64,000 nt of DNA from an uncultured Acidobacteriota bacterium (GTDB taxonomy: Bacteria > Acidobacteriota > Vicinamibacteria > Fen-336). Below are positions 31,050 to 39,609 of this stretch, in pieces (the first letter of the stretch is position 1; each line of letters opens with the position of its first letter). Both the position numbers and the translations under genes were made by a program. The notes below the pieces were generated by a model. It had not been told where the DNA came from and made no database searches. It saw only the letters and a program-made list of their open reading frames with translations. The stretch spans positions 38,559-102,558 of the forward strand of contig CAWGKR010000001.1 in assembly GCA_963823195.1 (NCBI GenBank). The letters are read 5' to 3'.

Positions 31050-31756
31050 GAGGCCGGTCTCCGCCAGACCCGGAGCAGGTTCCGGGCGCCGTGAGCGGCC
31101 TCGCGCCAGCCCAGCTTGCTCGTGCCCTCGTGGCGATCCTTGAAGCAGATCGGGATCTCGCGTATTCGCGCCCCCTCCTGGCGCGCCGCCCACAGTAGCG
31201 ACTCCACGAGGAACGAGTAGCCGGTCGACTCGATCCTCTCCCAGGGGATCGCCTCGAGGACGTGGCGCCGGTAGGCCCGGAAGCCCGAGGTGCAGTCGTG
31301 GGCCGGCAGCCGGAAGAGGAGGTGAACGAAGCGGTTCGCCGACGCGCTGAGGAGCCGCCGGTGGAGCGACCAGCCCACGATCCGGCCCCCCGCGGTGTAG
31401 CGCGAGCCGATGACGACGTCGCTGCCTTCCAGGGCCGCGAGCAGCGCCGGGATCTGCGCGGGGTCGTGGGAGAAGTCGCAGTCCATGGTCACGACCGCCT
31501 CCGCGCCGGCCTGGAGAGCCTCGCGGAATCCCGCGCGGTACGCCGTTCCGAGGCCCCGCTCTCCCCGGCGACGCAAGGTCCGCACCCTCGGTTCCCGCGT
31601 GGAGCGCGCCTCCACGAGAGCCGCTGTGCCGTCGGGCGAGTCGTCGTCGACCACCAGGACCTCGATCCGCGAATCCAGCGAGAGGATGACGTCCAGGATG
31701 GCCATGACGTTGCCCGCCTCGTTGAAGGTCGGCAGCACGATCCAGGTCTTGAGCAA
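31046..31756 (-). CDS. GT2 polyprenol-monophospho-sugar (Dol-P-Man synthase-like) synthase
   Basis: VLPTFNE, VVDDDSPDGT, RGLGTAY, MDCDFSHDP, VIGSRY, DCTSGFRAY; TTG start. Confidence 0.9.
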   Translation of the reverse strand: MLKTWIVLPTFNEAGNVMAILDVILSLDSRIEVLVVDDDSPDGTAALVEARSTREPRVRTLRRRGERGLGTAYRAGFREALQAGAEAVVTMDCDFSHDPAQIPALLAALEGSDVVIGSRYTAGGRIVGWSLHRRLLSASANRFVHLLFRLPAHDCTSGFRAYRRHVLEAIPWERIESTGYSFLVESLLWAARQEGARIREIPICFKDRHEGTSKLGWREAAHGARNLLRVWRRPAS

Positions 31757-31764
31757 GCCACCGG

Positions 31765-31794
31765 ATTGTACGCTGGTGCTAGACTCCCGCCATG
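31765..31794. promoter_or_regulatory. Compact bidirectional promoter: TACAAT (-) and TGCTAGACT (+) followed 6 nt later by ATG
   Basis: attgta at 31765-31770 lies 8 nt before the GT2 TTG; TAGACT 31780-31785; ATG 31792-31794; no SD. Confidence 0.55.
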
Positions 31795-33847
31795 GTGCGT
31801 CGTGACGCGGCAGGGGCATCGGGTACGTCAAAGACCGGTGCGACTGCTGCTCGCTGCGCCACTCCAGCCGGTGCAAGACCGGTCCCGGTAGGCGTCGGAG
31901 CGCCGGGTAGCAGGCCCCAGGCGGTGGGTGGAGACCCTGCCGTCCGAGCGGGGCGTCAAGAGCCCGCGAGGCGGCGGAAGCCGCGCAGCGGGGAGCAAGC
32001 ACGCGGGCCGCAACATGAAGTGAAGCCTGCAGCCTCGACAGATGAACAAACCGGGGGCCGAGCCGCTCATGTCACGGCGAAGGCAACACCGGCGGTCCGA
32101 GATCCGAAGCGGGCCGTTGGCCTTGGCGGGGTAGGGGGCGCAGCACGTGTGCAAGGAGTGGAGCGGAACACGAGAGGCCCGTCTGCGCAGCCTGAGTCAA
32201 GGCAAGGCGCCTCGCATAAGCCGAAGGCGAAATCGAGCGTCGCGCAGCGGGAGTCCGAGGGGGTCGTAGTACCGATGATGGCCGCGAAGAACAACGCGGC
32301 TTTAGGGAAGGACCCCTGGGGTGGTCGTGTCGACGGAGCAGGTAAGCGCGAGGGAATGGCCGGCGAGACCGGACCTAACGACCCCGGCGGCTTTGTGCCG
32401 CGCGAGAAAGTGCGAGAACTGCAACGTCGGCTGTGGGCCGGGGCCAAGCGGGCTCCGGGACGCCGTTTTCACGCGCTTTACGACCAGGTCTGGAGGGGTG
32501 ACGTCCTCCGGGAAGCGTGGGAACGAGTGAGTCGGAACCGCGGCGCCGCGGGAATCGACGGCCAGTCGATCCGTGACGTCGAGCAGAGCGGAGTGGAGAG
32601 CTTCCTGGAAGGACTCGCCACCGAGCTGCGAACAGGCGAATACCGGCCGAGCGTGGTCCGACGCCGGTACATACCGAAGGCCGATGGGAAGAAGAGGCCG
32701 CTGGGGATTCCGACGGTACGGGACCGGGTGGCACAGATGGCGGCAAAGCTCGTGCTGGAGCCGATCTTCGAGGCGGATTTTCTGCCTGTCTCGTACGGCT
32801 TCCGTCCGAAGCGGAGCGCGCTGATGGCGCTGGAGGCGCTGAGGAAGCTCGGTGCCAAGGGTGGTCATCACGTGCTCGACGCCGACATACGTGACTACTT
32901 TGGAAGCATCGACCACGAGAAGCTGCTGAAGCTCGTGGCACGACGCGTCTCGGACCGGCGGGTCTTGAAGCTGCTGCGGCGGTGGCTCGAGGCAGGAGTG
33001 ATGGAAGAGGGCACCGTCAGTGCGACGGTGGCGGGCACGCCGCAGGGTGGGGTGATCTCACCCTTGCTCTCGAACATCTACCTGCACGTGCTCGACGTTT
33101 TGTGGACGCGCCACAGCGCTCCCCTCGGGACGCTGGTGCGCTACGCGGACGACTTCGTGGTGATGTGCCGCACCGCGAGGGAGTGCGAGCGGGCCGAGGA
33201 GCGCATCAGGGTCATCCTGGGGCGTCTCGGTCTCGAGCTTCACCCGGACAAGACGAGGCGGGTCGAGCTTTTCGATGGCAAGGAGGGCTTCGACTTCCTC
33301 GGCTGCCACCTGCACAAGCGTCTGAGCGGCAAGCTGTGGGAGCAGACGCGCAAGCGTCTCTATTTTCTGCAGCGCTGGCCGTCGCAGCGCTCGATGCAGC
33401 GCGTACGGCAACGCGTGAAGGAGCTCACTCCGAGATCGAGGTGCCACGCGGACGTCCGCGATGTCGTCGCCGATCTAAACCCCGTGCTGCGGGGCTGGGG
33501 CAACTACTTCCGCACCGGGAACGCCGCGCGCCGTTTCATCCAGCTCGACACCTACGTGTGGCGGAGGCTCCGCGCCCTGCGCATCAAGCGCCAGGGTCGG
33601 CACCTGCGCGCCGGAGAAATCGACCGCTGGACCCGGGACTACTTCCATAACCTCGGCCTTCACCGCCTGCGCGGAACCGTCCGTTACCCGGAGCAGCCCT
33701 TCTGGCAACAGGAGACCGCCTAATGCTCCGGCCCGAGAGGCCACCGGAAAGCCGTGTGCGGGAAATCCGCACGCACGGTTTGAACGGGGGTCTTGCTGTC
33801 CCACGCCTTTGCAACCCGCAAGGGAAAGGATAGAAGGATCTACCAAT
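31795..33847 (+). mobile_element. Complete group II intron (IIB-like, AGC triad)
   Basis: 5' GTGCG at 31795; DIII-like GAGGGGGTCGTAGTACC..GGAAGGACCCCT; DV AGCCGTGTGCGGGAAATCCGCACGCACGGTT (33750-33780); DVI stem with bulged A33842; 3' end ..CTACCAAT; RT ORF in DIV. Confidence 0.93.
32356..33723 (+). CDS. ltrA: Group II intron reverse transcriptase/maturase, no En domain
   Basis: RT0 NRGAAGIDG, KRPLGIPTVRDR, SYGFRP, GTPQGGVISPLLSNIYL, YADD, GFDFLG, domain X LRGWGNYF; ends with no HNH motif. Confidence 0.95.
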   Translation: MAGETGPNDPGGFVPREKVRELQRRLWAGAKRAPGRRFHALYDQVWRGDVLREAWERVSRNRGAAGIDGQSIRDVEQSGVESFLEGLATELRTGEYRPSVVRRRYIPKADGKKRPLGIPTVRDRVAQMAAKLVLEPIFEADFLPVSYGFRPKRSALMALEALRKLGAKGGHHVLDADIRDYFGSIDHEKLLKLVARRVSDRRVLKLLRRWLEAGVMEEGTVSATVAGTPQGGVISPLLSNIYLHVLDVLWTRHSAPLGTLVRYADDFVVMCRTARECERAEERIRVILGRLGLELHPDKTRRVELFDGKEGFDFLGCHLHKRLSGKLWEQTRKRLYFLQRWPSQRSMQRVRQRVKELTPRSRCHADVRDVVADLNPVLRGWGNYFRTGNAARRFIQLDTYVWRRLRALRIKRQGRHLRAGEIDRWTRDYFHNLGLHRLRGTVRYPEQPFWQQETA

Positions 33848-35900
33848 GCCCGCCGAAGGCCCTGCGTCCACTGGCGATCAGGGGCGCAGCCCGGGGCTCC
33901 CGGCCGACGGCGCGCGGGGTAGCACCTCGCGATGGCTTCCCTGGCTGCTGAGAGCCGCTCTCCTCCTGGAGCTCGGGAACCTGTTCGCCATCGCCGTCAC
34001 CAACGGCCTCCTCCAGCTCCCGCCCACCGGGGCGAATCGATCCGCGAGCTTCGCCGGCCACGCCGCCCTCGCGTGGCTCCTCGTGGCCCTGCTCGAGGCG
34101 CGCGGCTGGGGTGATGCCGACAGGGAGCGTAGGGGCTACAAGATCTCGCGGCTCGTGGTCGTCGGGCTCTGCTTCTGGGGAGCGCTCCTGTTCGTCCGGT
34201 CCGGTCTCCGGCTGAGCTCCGACGGCCCCCACTACTTCGTCCAGGCGAGGTCGCTGCTCTTCGATCACGACGTCGACTTCGCCAACGACTACGCCCGTGT
34301 CAAAGCCCCCGCCGCCCTCGCGAGCCAGTATCCCGTGGGCATGGCGCTTCTCTCGCTGCCGTTTCTGTCGCTGGCCCACGTGCTCCTGCTCCTGGGTCGC
34401 TGGCTCGGCTATCCCCTGAGCCCCGACGGCTTCGGATACCCCTACGAGACCGCCTTCGGCCTGGCCAGCTACGCCTTCGGCTGTCTCGGCCTGCTGGCCA
34501 TGCTCCGCGCCACGGCCCGCCTCTTCCCGGTGCGAACAGCCCTCGTCAGCGTCGTGACGGTCTGGATGGCCTCGTTCCTGATCTGGTACATGGCTTTCGA
34601 ACCCAGCATGCCCCACGCGATGTCCACGGCGTGGGCCACGCTCATGGTTTCGTACTGGCTCGAGAAGAGGCCGCTCACGACCTCACGTCAGTGGGCCCTC
34701 CTCGGCGCCATGGCCGGCGTGTCGGCCCTCGTCCGATGGCAGACGGGTGTCCTTCTGGCTGTCCCGCTGCTGGATGGGCTCCTCGAGTCGCGCCGCTCCT
34801 GGCTCAAGAGCGGCTGGGCCCTGGTCTCGTCGGCCGCGTGCTTCGCGCCACAGATGGTGTTCTGGCACCTCAAGGCCCACGGCGCCCTCGCGATGCCATT
34901 GACCCAGCACGGCGTGAGCTGGAGCCGGTTCAGCGTGGCCGAGGTGCTCTTCTCCACGAACCGGGGACTCTTCACGTGGAGCCCCGTGATCTACCTGGGC
35001 GTGGCGGGCCTAGTGATCTGGGCGCGGCGCGCGCCGCGCTTGGCGATCCTCTTCCTGTTCGGCTTCCTGCTACAGGTCTACGTCAACGCGAGCGTCGCGT
35101 ACTGGTGGTCCGGGTGGTCCTTCGGGAGCCGCCGGTTCGACAACTGCCTGCTGTTCTTCGTCGTGGGCTTTGCCGCGATGCTGGAGTTCGTGGCGCGCCG
35201 ACCCTGGCTTCCGCTGGCCGCGCTCTGCGCCTTCCTCTGCGCCTGGAACGCGGGCCTCATGCGACAGAGCCGAGAGGGACGGGTACCACCCGATCGCCTG
35301 ACCTCTTTCGAGGATGTCGCCGTCCGGAACGTGCAGATGTTCTACGCGGACGTGGGCCTGCCCTTCGCCGCTCCGGCGAACTGGTACTTCGCCTGGCGCT
35401 TCGGCGTCTCGCCGGAGCGATTCGATCGGCTGTTCGGCCACGAGGGCTTCGGCAACCTCCACCTTCCCTTCGACGCGGCCAGCGAGCCCTTCGTGGGCCG
35501 AGGCTGGAGCGAGCCCGGCGCCGATCCGAGCGGCCGGCCCTTCCGCTGGTGTGTCGGAGGCTCCTGCACGCTCCTCGTGCCCCTCAAGGCCGCGCGGCCG
35601 TATGCGCTGACGGTTCGCGTGCGACCGGCCACCGGCACCTCCCCCAACTGGGTCGGCCTGACGGTCAACGGCGCCGCGCAGCCGAAGCGAGCCCTGGCGG
35701 ACGAAGAGACGTTGACGTGGCAGCTTCTCCCGGCTCTCTGGCATCGCGGCACCAACGAGCTTCGCTTCGACTTCGATCGCTCGGCTCGGCCCTCGGAGCT
35801 GGGTCCTTCCTCCGATTCCCGTCCCCTTGCCGGCGCGATGTACGAGATGGAGCTTCTGGTCCAGGAGCCCGACGGCGGAGAGCGCGCCGATGCTCCCTAG
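33846..35900 (+). CDS. GT-C-type polytopic membrane protein, type C; start codon formed at the intron 3' junction
   Basis: SDGPHYFVQARSLLFDHDVDFANDY, EPSMPH, RGLFTWSPV, GSRRF; many TMs; C-terminal beta-rich domain. Confidence 0.6.
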   Translation: MPAEGPASTGDQGRSPGLPADGARGSTSRWLPWLLRAALLLELGNLFAIAVTNGLLQLPPTGANRSASFAGHAALAWLLVALLEARGWGDADRERRGYKISRLVVVGLCFWGALLFVRSGLRLSSDGPHYFVQARSLLFDHDVDFANDYARVKAPAALASQYPVGMALLSLPFLSLAHVLLLLGRWLGYPLSPDGFGYPYETAFGLASYAFGCLGLLAMLRATARLFPVRTALVSVVTVWMASFLIWYMAFEPSMPHAMSTAWATLMVSYWLEKRPLTTSRQWALLGAMAGVSALVRWQTGVLLAVPLLDGLLESRRSWLKSGWALVSSAACFAPQMVFWHLKAHGALAMPLTQHGVSWSRFSVAEVLFSTNRGLFTWSPVIYLGVAGLVIWARRAPRLAILFLFGFLLQVYVNASVAYWWSGWSFGSRRFDNCLLFFVVGFAAMLEFVARRPWLPLAALCAFLCAWNAGLMRQSREGRVPPDRLTSFEDVAVRNVQMFYADVGLPFAAPANWYFAWRFGVSPERFDRLFGHEGFGNLHLPFDAASEPFVGRGWSEPGADPSGRPFRWCVGGSCTLLVPLKAARPYALTVRVRPATGTSPNWVGLTVNGAAQPKRALADEETLTWQLLPALWHRGTNELRFDFDRSARPSELGPSSDSRPLAGAMYEMELLVQEPDGGERADAP

Positions 35901-37470
35901 AGCCCGGCCACCTTGGGTGGCGTGGGGAGGGCTCGGCGTGGTCCTCCTCCTGGGCGCCGCACTCCGGATCTGGGGCGTGACCTACGGACTCCCCAATCCC
36001 ACCGCGCGTCCCGACGAGGAGCTCGTCGTCGGAAAGGCCTTCGCGGTCTTCACGGCCGGGCGCCTCGACCCCGGCAACTACACCTACCCCAGCCTGCTCA
36101 TCTACCTCCAGGCCCTTGCCTTGTGGACCTACGCGAAGGGGGGCGCCCTCGTCGGATGGTACGCGCAACCCAGGGACTTCCTCGTCGACGCGGCGGTGGC
36201 TCGTCCGAGCCTGGTGTACCTGATCTGCCGGTCCGTGTCGGTCGTTCTCGGTCTGGGCACGATCGGCGCGGCCTGCCTTCTGGCCTGGCTGGGCTGCCGC
36301 CGCCGCGACGTCGCGGTGCTCGCGGCCCTCATCGTCGCGACGAACTACATCCACGTCCGCGACTCCCGCTTCGGGACCGTCGACGTCGGGATGACCTTCT
36401 TCATCGCCCTCTCGCTCTGTTTCGCCGTCAAGGCCGTGGATGGGCAGCGCGCCGCCGACTTCGCCCTCGCCGGACTCTGCGCGGGGCTGGCCGCCTCGGT
36501 GAAGTACAACGGCGGGATCGTCGTGATCGCTCCGGTGGCCGCCGCGCTCCTGGCTCGGCCCGCGCGAGTCGGGCCGGCCGCGGTGAAGATGCTGATCGCC
36601 GCCGGCGCCGCCCTGGCGGCCTTTGCCCTCACCTCTCCCTACATCCTCCTGCGGTCTTCGATCGTCCTGGCCGAGCTCGCCGCCCGCCGGCGCTACATGT
36701 ACGCAACGCCGGGGGAGCCGGCCCTTTGGGTGCACCTGCGGGAGACGTTCCCGGTGGGCCTCGGCTGGCCCCTCTTCGTGGCCGCGGGGCTGGCGGCCGC
36801 CTGGTGCCTCCGATCGCGCCGTGCTTTCCACGTGGTCGTCCTTGCCTACCTCCTCCCGATGTTGGCCTCGATCCTGACCACGACCCACGCGTTCCCCCGC
36901 TACCTCGTCCCCTTGGTGCCCGCCGTCGCGGTTCTCGCGGCCGAGTTCGTGGTCGTGGTTCTTCCCGCCGGCCGTCTGACGTGGCTCGCCCTGGCCCTGG
37001 CCCTCGCAGGGCCCGGCCTCTGGCGCTCCGTCGCCTTCGACCGCCTCGCGGCGCGAAAAGACACGCGCGTCCTGGCGGCCGAGTGGGTGGCGGAGAACCT
37101 GCCGGCGCGGTCGCCCGTCGGCGTTTGCAGGGGCTACGCCGCCACGGCGATCAACAGCGATTTCCGGCGTCCACCCGCGTTCAAGGTGTCCGTCCTCGAA
37201 TGCCAGGACGAGGCCGCCCTGGCGGCGATCCCTCGCTACCTGATCACGCAGGACCACCCGGTTCTGGGCCCCTGGTCCAGGATCTCGCCTGCTCTCGCCG
37301 AGCGGTTGAAGAATCGAGGCCGTCCGCTCGTCGTCTTGAGCCCGTTCCGGGAAGGCGCCGCCGACCAGGCCCGGTTCTACGCCGGGGACGCCTTCTATCT
37401 CCCGCTCTCGGGGCTCGAAGCCATGGATCGAGGCGGGCCGGTCGTCACGGTCTGGGACCTGGGCGCCTAG
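35890..37470 (+). CDS. GT39/ArnT/PMT-like glycosyltransferase, type B2 (paralog of 27795..29408)
   Basis: RIWGVTYGLPNPTARPDEELVV, GLAASVKYNGG, FYAGDAFYLP..RGGPVVTVWDL. Confidence 0.72.
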   Translation: MLPRARPPWVAWGGLGVVLLLGAALRIWGVTYGLPNPTARPDEELVVGKAFAVFTAGRLDPGNYTYPSLLIYLQALALWTYAKGGALVGWYAQPRDFLVDAAVARPSLVYLICRSVSVVLGLGTIGAACLLAWLGCRRRDVAVLAALIVATNYIHVRDSRFGTVDVGMTFFIALSLCFAVKAVDGQRAADFALAGLCAGLAASVKYNGGIVVIAPVAAALLARPARVGPAAVKMLIAAGAALAAFALTSPYILLRSSIVLAELAARRRYMYATPGEPALWVHLRETFPVGLGWPLFVAAGLAAAWCLRSRRAFHVVVLAYLLPMLASILTTTHAFPRYLVPLVPAVAVLAAEFVVVVLPAGRLTWLALALALAGPGLWRSVAFDRLAARKDTRVLAAEWVAENLPARSPVGVCRGYAATAINSDFRRPPAFKVSVLECQDEAALAAIPRYLITQDHPVLGPWSRISPALAERLKNRGRPLVVLSPFREGAADQARFYAGDAFYLPLSGLEAMDRGGPVVTVWDLGA

Positions 37471-38816
37471 ACCCTTGCCGTGATGACGAACTTCATGTTC
37501 TGGGCGATGCAGACGAGCACGAACCAGAGACCGCCGTAGGCGACGACGCGCGTCCACGAGGTCCAGCGGGCCAGCTCGAGGCCGATCGGGATCATGAGCA
37601 AGGGGTACATGAGAGTCCAGGTGCGGGCGGTCTCGGCCGGCACGATCCCGAGCACGGCCGTCAAGACGATCTGGCCAATGGCGAGAAAGGCAACCTGACG
37701 CGACGACGCCGCGAAGCGAGCGCGCGCAGCGACGAAGAAAGCGACGAGCGCGAAGCTGACCCAGCCGGAGCCCAGCGCGAAGTCGAGGACGTCGAACACG
37801 ACATGGATCGGATACGGCCGTTGGGCCCGCACTGAGTAGCCGGCGAGCAATCGAGAAGCCGTCCGGTAGGTCGCAATGGGGTCGTACCCGCTGAGGAGCC
37901 ACAGCGCCGCGTACGAGAGCCCGACGGTCAGGACGGCCAGGAGCGCATGCCGTGCGACGGTCCCGAGCGTGCCCATGCCGCCCCTTGCGACATGGAGGGC
38001 GGACAGGGCGCCGAGGACGATGCCGAGAATGAGGAACATCTGGCTGCAGAAGCAGGCGAGCGCGAGCGCGAAGCCAAAGCCCACGGCCAGGATGGCGCGA
38101 TCGTAGGCCAGCGCGGAGACCCAGAGCGCGACCAGGGCACAGGCCACCGCCGGATAGACCTGGTCGAACTGCGGAACGAACAAGACGAGGGAGGGGCACA
38201 GGGAGAAGTAACTGGCCCCGCAAAAGGCCGCGTCGCGATCGTGGCACAACATCAAGATCATCACGTACGTCGCCGCCACCGACAGCGTCGCCAGAACGGC
38301 CAGAAGGAGTCCCGCCGCGAGTGCCGCGAAAGCGTTCGCGCCGAAGAGGGCGATGAAAACCATGTGATAGAGAAGCAGGCCCGGGGGCTTGAACCGGGTG
38401 TGGGTTCGGAGGCTGGGCATCCGAGCGGCGTGGCCTCCCAGCCACTCCCGTGGGGAGAGGCCGTCGCGCAGGAGGTCCCCGGCGTCCGAGAAGTAGCTCG
38501 TTGCGATCGGGTCGCGGATGGCGTCGCCGATGCTGGCGACGTCGAAGGGGCGCCGATGCAGCCCCGCGGCCGTGAGCTCGAGCCCGAGCGTGGAAAGCAT
38601 GAGCAGCCCCACCGCAAACACGACCCGGCTGCGATCGCGTGCGTAGACCCGCTGGGCCAGGAAGAACGGTGCCGCCGCCAACAGCATGGCCGGAAACAGC
38701 CGCCATCCGTCGAGCCGCACCCAGCCCCACCGCCAGTACCAGGGTCCGTTCAGGCCCGGGGTGTGGAGAACCGTCAGGATTCCCAGGGCCCCGGCGATTC
38801 CAAGAACCACGAACAA
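37467..38816 (-). CDS. Polytopic membrane protein, putative GT-C glycosyltransferase, type D
   Basis: About 10 TMs; HTRFKPPGLLL loop, PQFDQ, ETARTW; start uncertain. Confidence 0.45.
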   Translation of the reverse strand: MFVVLGIAGALGILTVLHTPGLNGPWYWRWGWVRLDGWRLFPAMLLAAAPFFLAQRVYARDRSRVVFAVGLLMLSTLGLELTAAGLHRRPFDVASIGDAIRDPIATSYFSDAGDLLRDGLSPREWLGGHAARMPSLRTHTRFKPPGLLLYHMVFIALFGANAFAALAAGLLLAVLATLSVAATYVMILMLCHDRDAAFCGASYFSLCPSLVLFVPQFDQVYPAVACALVALWVSALAYDRAILAVGFGFALALACFCSQMFLILGIVLGALSALHVARGGMGTLGTVARHALLAVLTVGLSYAALWLLSGYDPIATYRTASRLLAGYSVRAQRPYPIHVVFDVLDFALGSGWVSFALVAFFVAARARFAASSRQVAFLAIGQIVLTAVLGIVPAETARTWTLMYPLLMIPIGLELARWTSWTRVVAYGGLWFVLVCIAQNMKFVITARV

Positions 38817-38871
38817 CTTGACGGCGGCCGCGGGCCGTCCGTCGCGACCGGCGCGGCCGTCGTCGGGCGCG

Positions 38872-39516
38872 CTAGGAGTGGGGTCGGGCGTAGAGAGCCC
38901 GGCGGTCGGCCTCGGGGATGCGCGTGTGGTAGACCACGTCCCACATCCCGCTCGTCAGGCCGTAACCGACGTGGGTCCCCTTGGGGCTGTGGTGGTAGAG
39001 GTGGTGCCGCTTGATGTACTGGAAGTAGCGCCCCTTGAAGGACGCGAAGTGGACCGAGTGGTGGACCCATTCCTCGGCGATGTAGGCCTGCATGATCCCG
39101 GCGACGAGGAGCGGCATCGTGTGGAACGGGGTCAATGAGGCGAGGCCGATGAACACGACGACGAAGGGCAGGGTGTCGATCGTGGTCCCGCTGATGTGGT
39201 TCCCGTCCCAGGGGCGCTTGTGGTGCTCCAGGTGCAGGTGGTCGAAGTACTTGTGGAGCTGATGGCGGAAGAACCCCGGCGCGTCGGGGAAGCGTCCGTG
39301 GAGGACGTACCGGTGGGCCCAGTACTCCAAGGCCGTCCAGGCCCCCACCCCCGCCGCGAAGTAGGCCAGGGAGATCCACCGCGTCTCCCGGCCGAGGGCC
39401 AGGACCAGCAGCGTCAGGACGTAAGAAGTGTAAAGGATCGACACGGGGTAGAGGCGGCGTCGAGCCTTGCGCGCCTCGGTTTCATGTTGAACCCCACCCC
39501 GTCCGACCCGCTCCAA
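38872..39516 (-). CDS. Fatty acid hydroxylase / sterol desaturase family
   Basis: His boxes EYWAHRYVLH, HLEHH, EEWVHHSVH, HHLYHH; start uncertain (TTG 39516). Confidence 0.88.
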   Translation of the reverse strand: MERVGRGGVQHETEARKARRRLYPVSILYTSYVLTLLVLALGRETRWISLAYFAAGVGAWTALEYWAHRYVLHGRFPDAPGFFRHQLHKYFDHLHLEHHKRPWDGNHISGTTIDTLPFVVVFIGLASLTPFHTMPLLVAGIMQAYIAEEWVHHSVHFASFKGRYFQYIKRHHLYHHSPKGTHVGYGLTSGMWDVVYHTRIPEADRRALYARPHS

Positions 39517-39560
39517 CGTAGCATCAAATGAAAGAGACAAGCTAGAACTCCAAAACATCA

Positions 39561-39590
39561 CTTGTACTGGACCCCCGTGCCCGGTGTCAA
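39561..39590 (-). promoter_or_regulatory. Candidate sigma70-type promoter for the hydroxylase
   Basis: TTGACA (39585-39590), 18-nt spacer, TACAAG (39561-39566), AT-rich leader. Confidence 0.4.
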
Positions 39591-39609
39591 GTGCCACCGG
39601 GGCAACGCT

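Noticed and set aside
27795-31193. 1132-aa giant glycosyltransferase fusion in the ORF track
   Set aside because: Artefact. A frameshift near 30150 runs GT-C A2 through junk sequence into the separate GT39-like gene, which has its own GTG at 29408; A2's true C-terminus is in ORF 29405..30241.
31792-32355. N-terminally extended 643-aa RT (novel domain or exon fusion)
   Set aside because: This segment is ribozyme domains I-III. The translation is low-complexity, and RT homology starts near ATG 32356. The open frame from the exon ATG is noted but is probably a high-GC coincidence.
32356-33723. RT as retron, DGR, CRISPR-RT or defence RT
   Set aside because: It has RT0, domain X and flanking DV/DVI plus a GTGCG 5' end; no msr/msd, TR/VR pair, cas genes or effector are adjacent.
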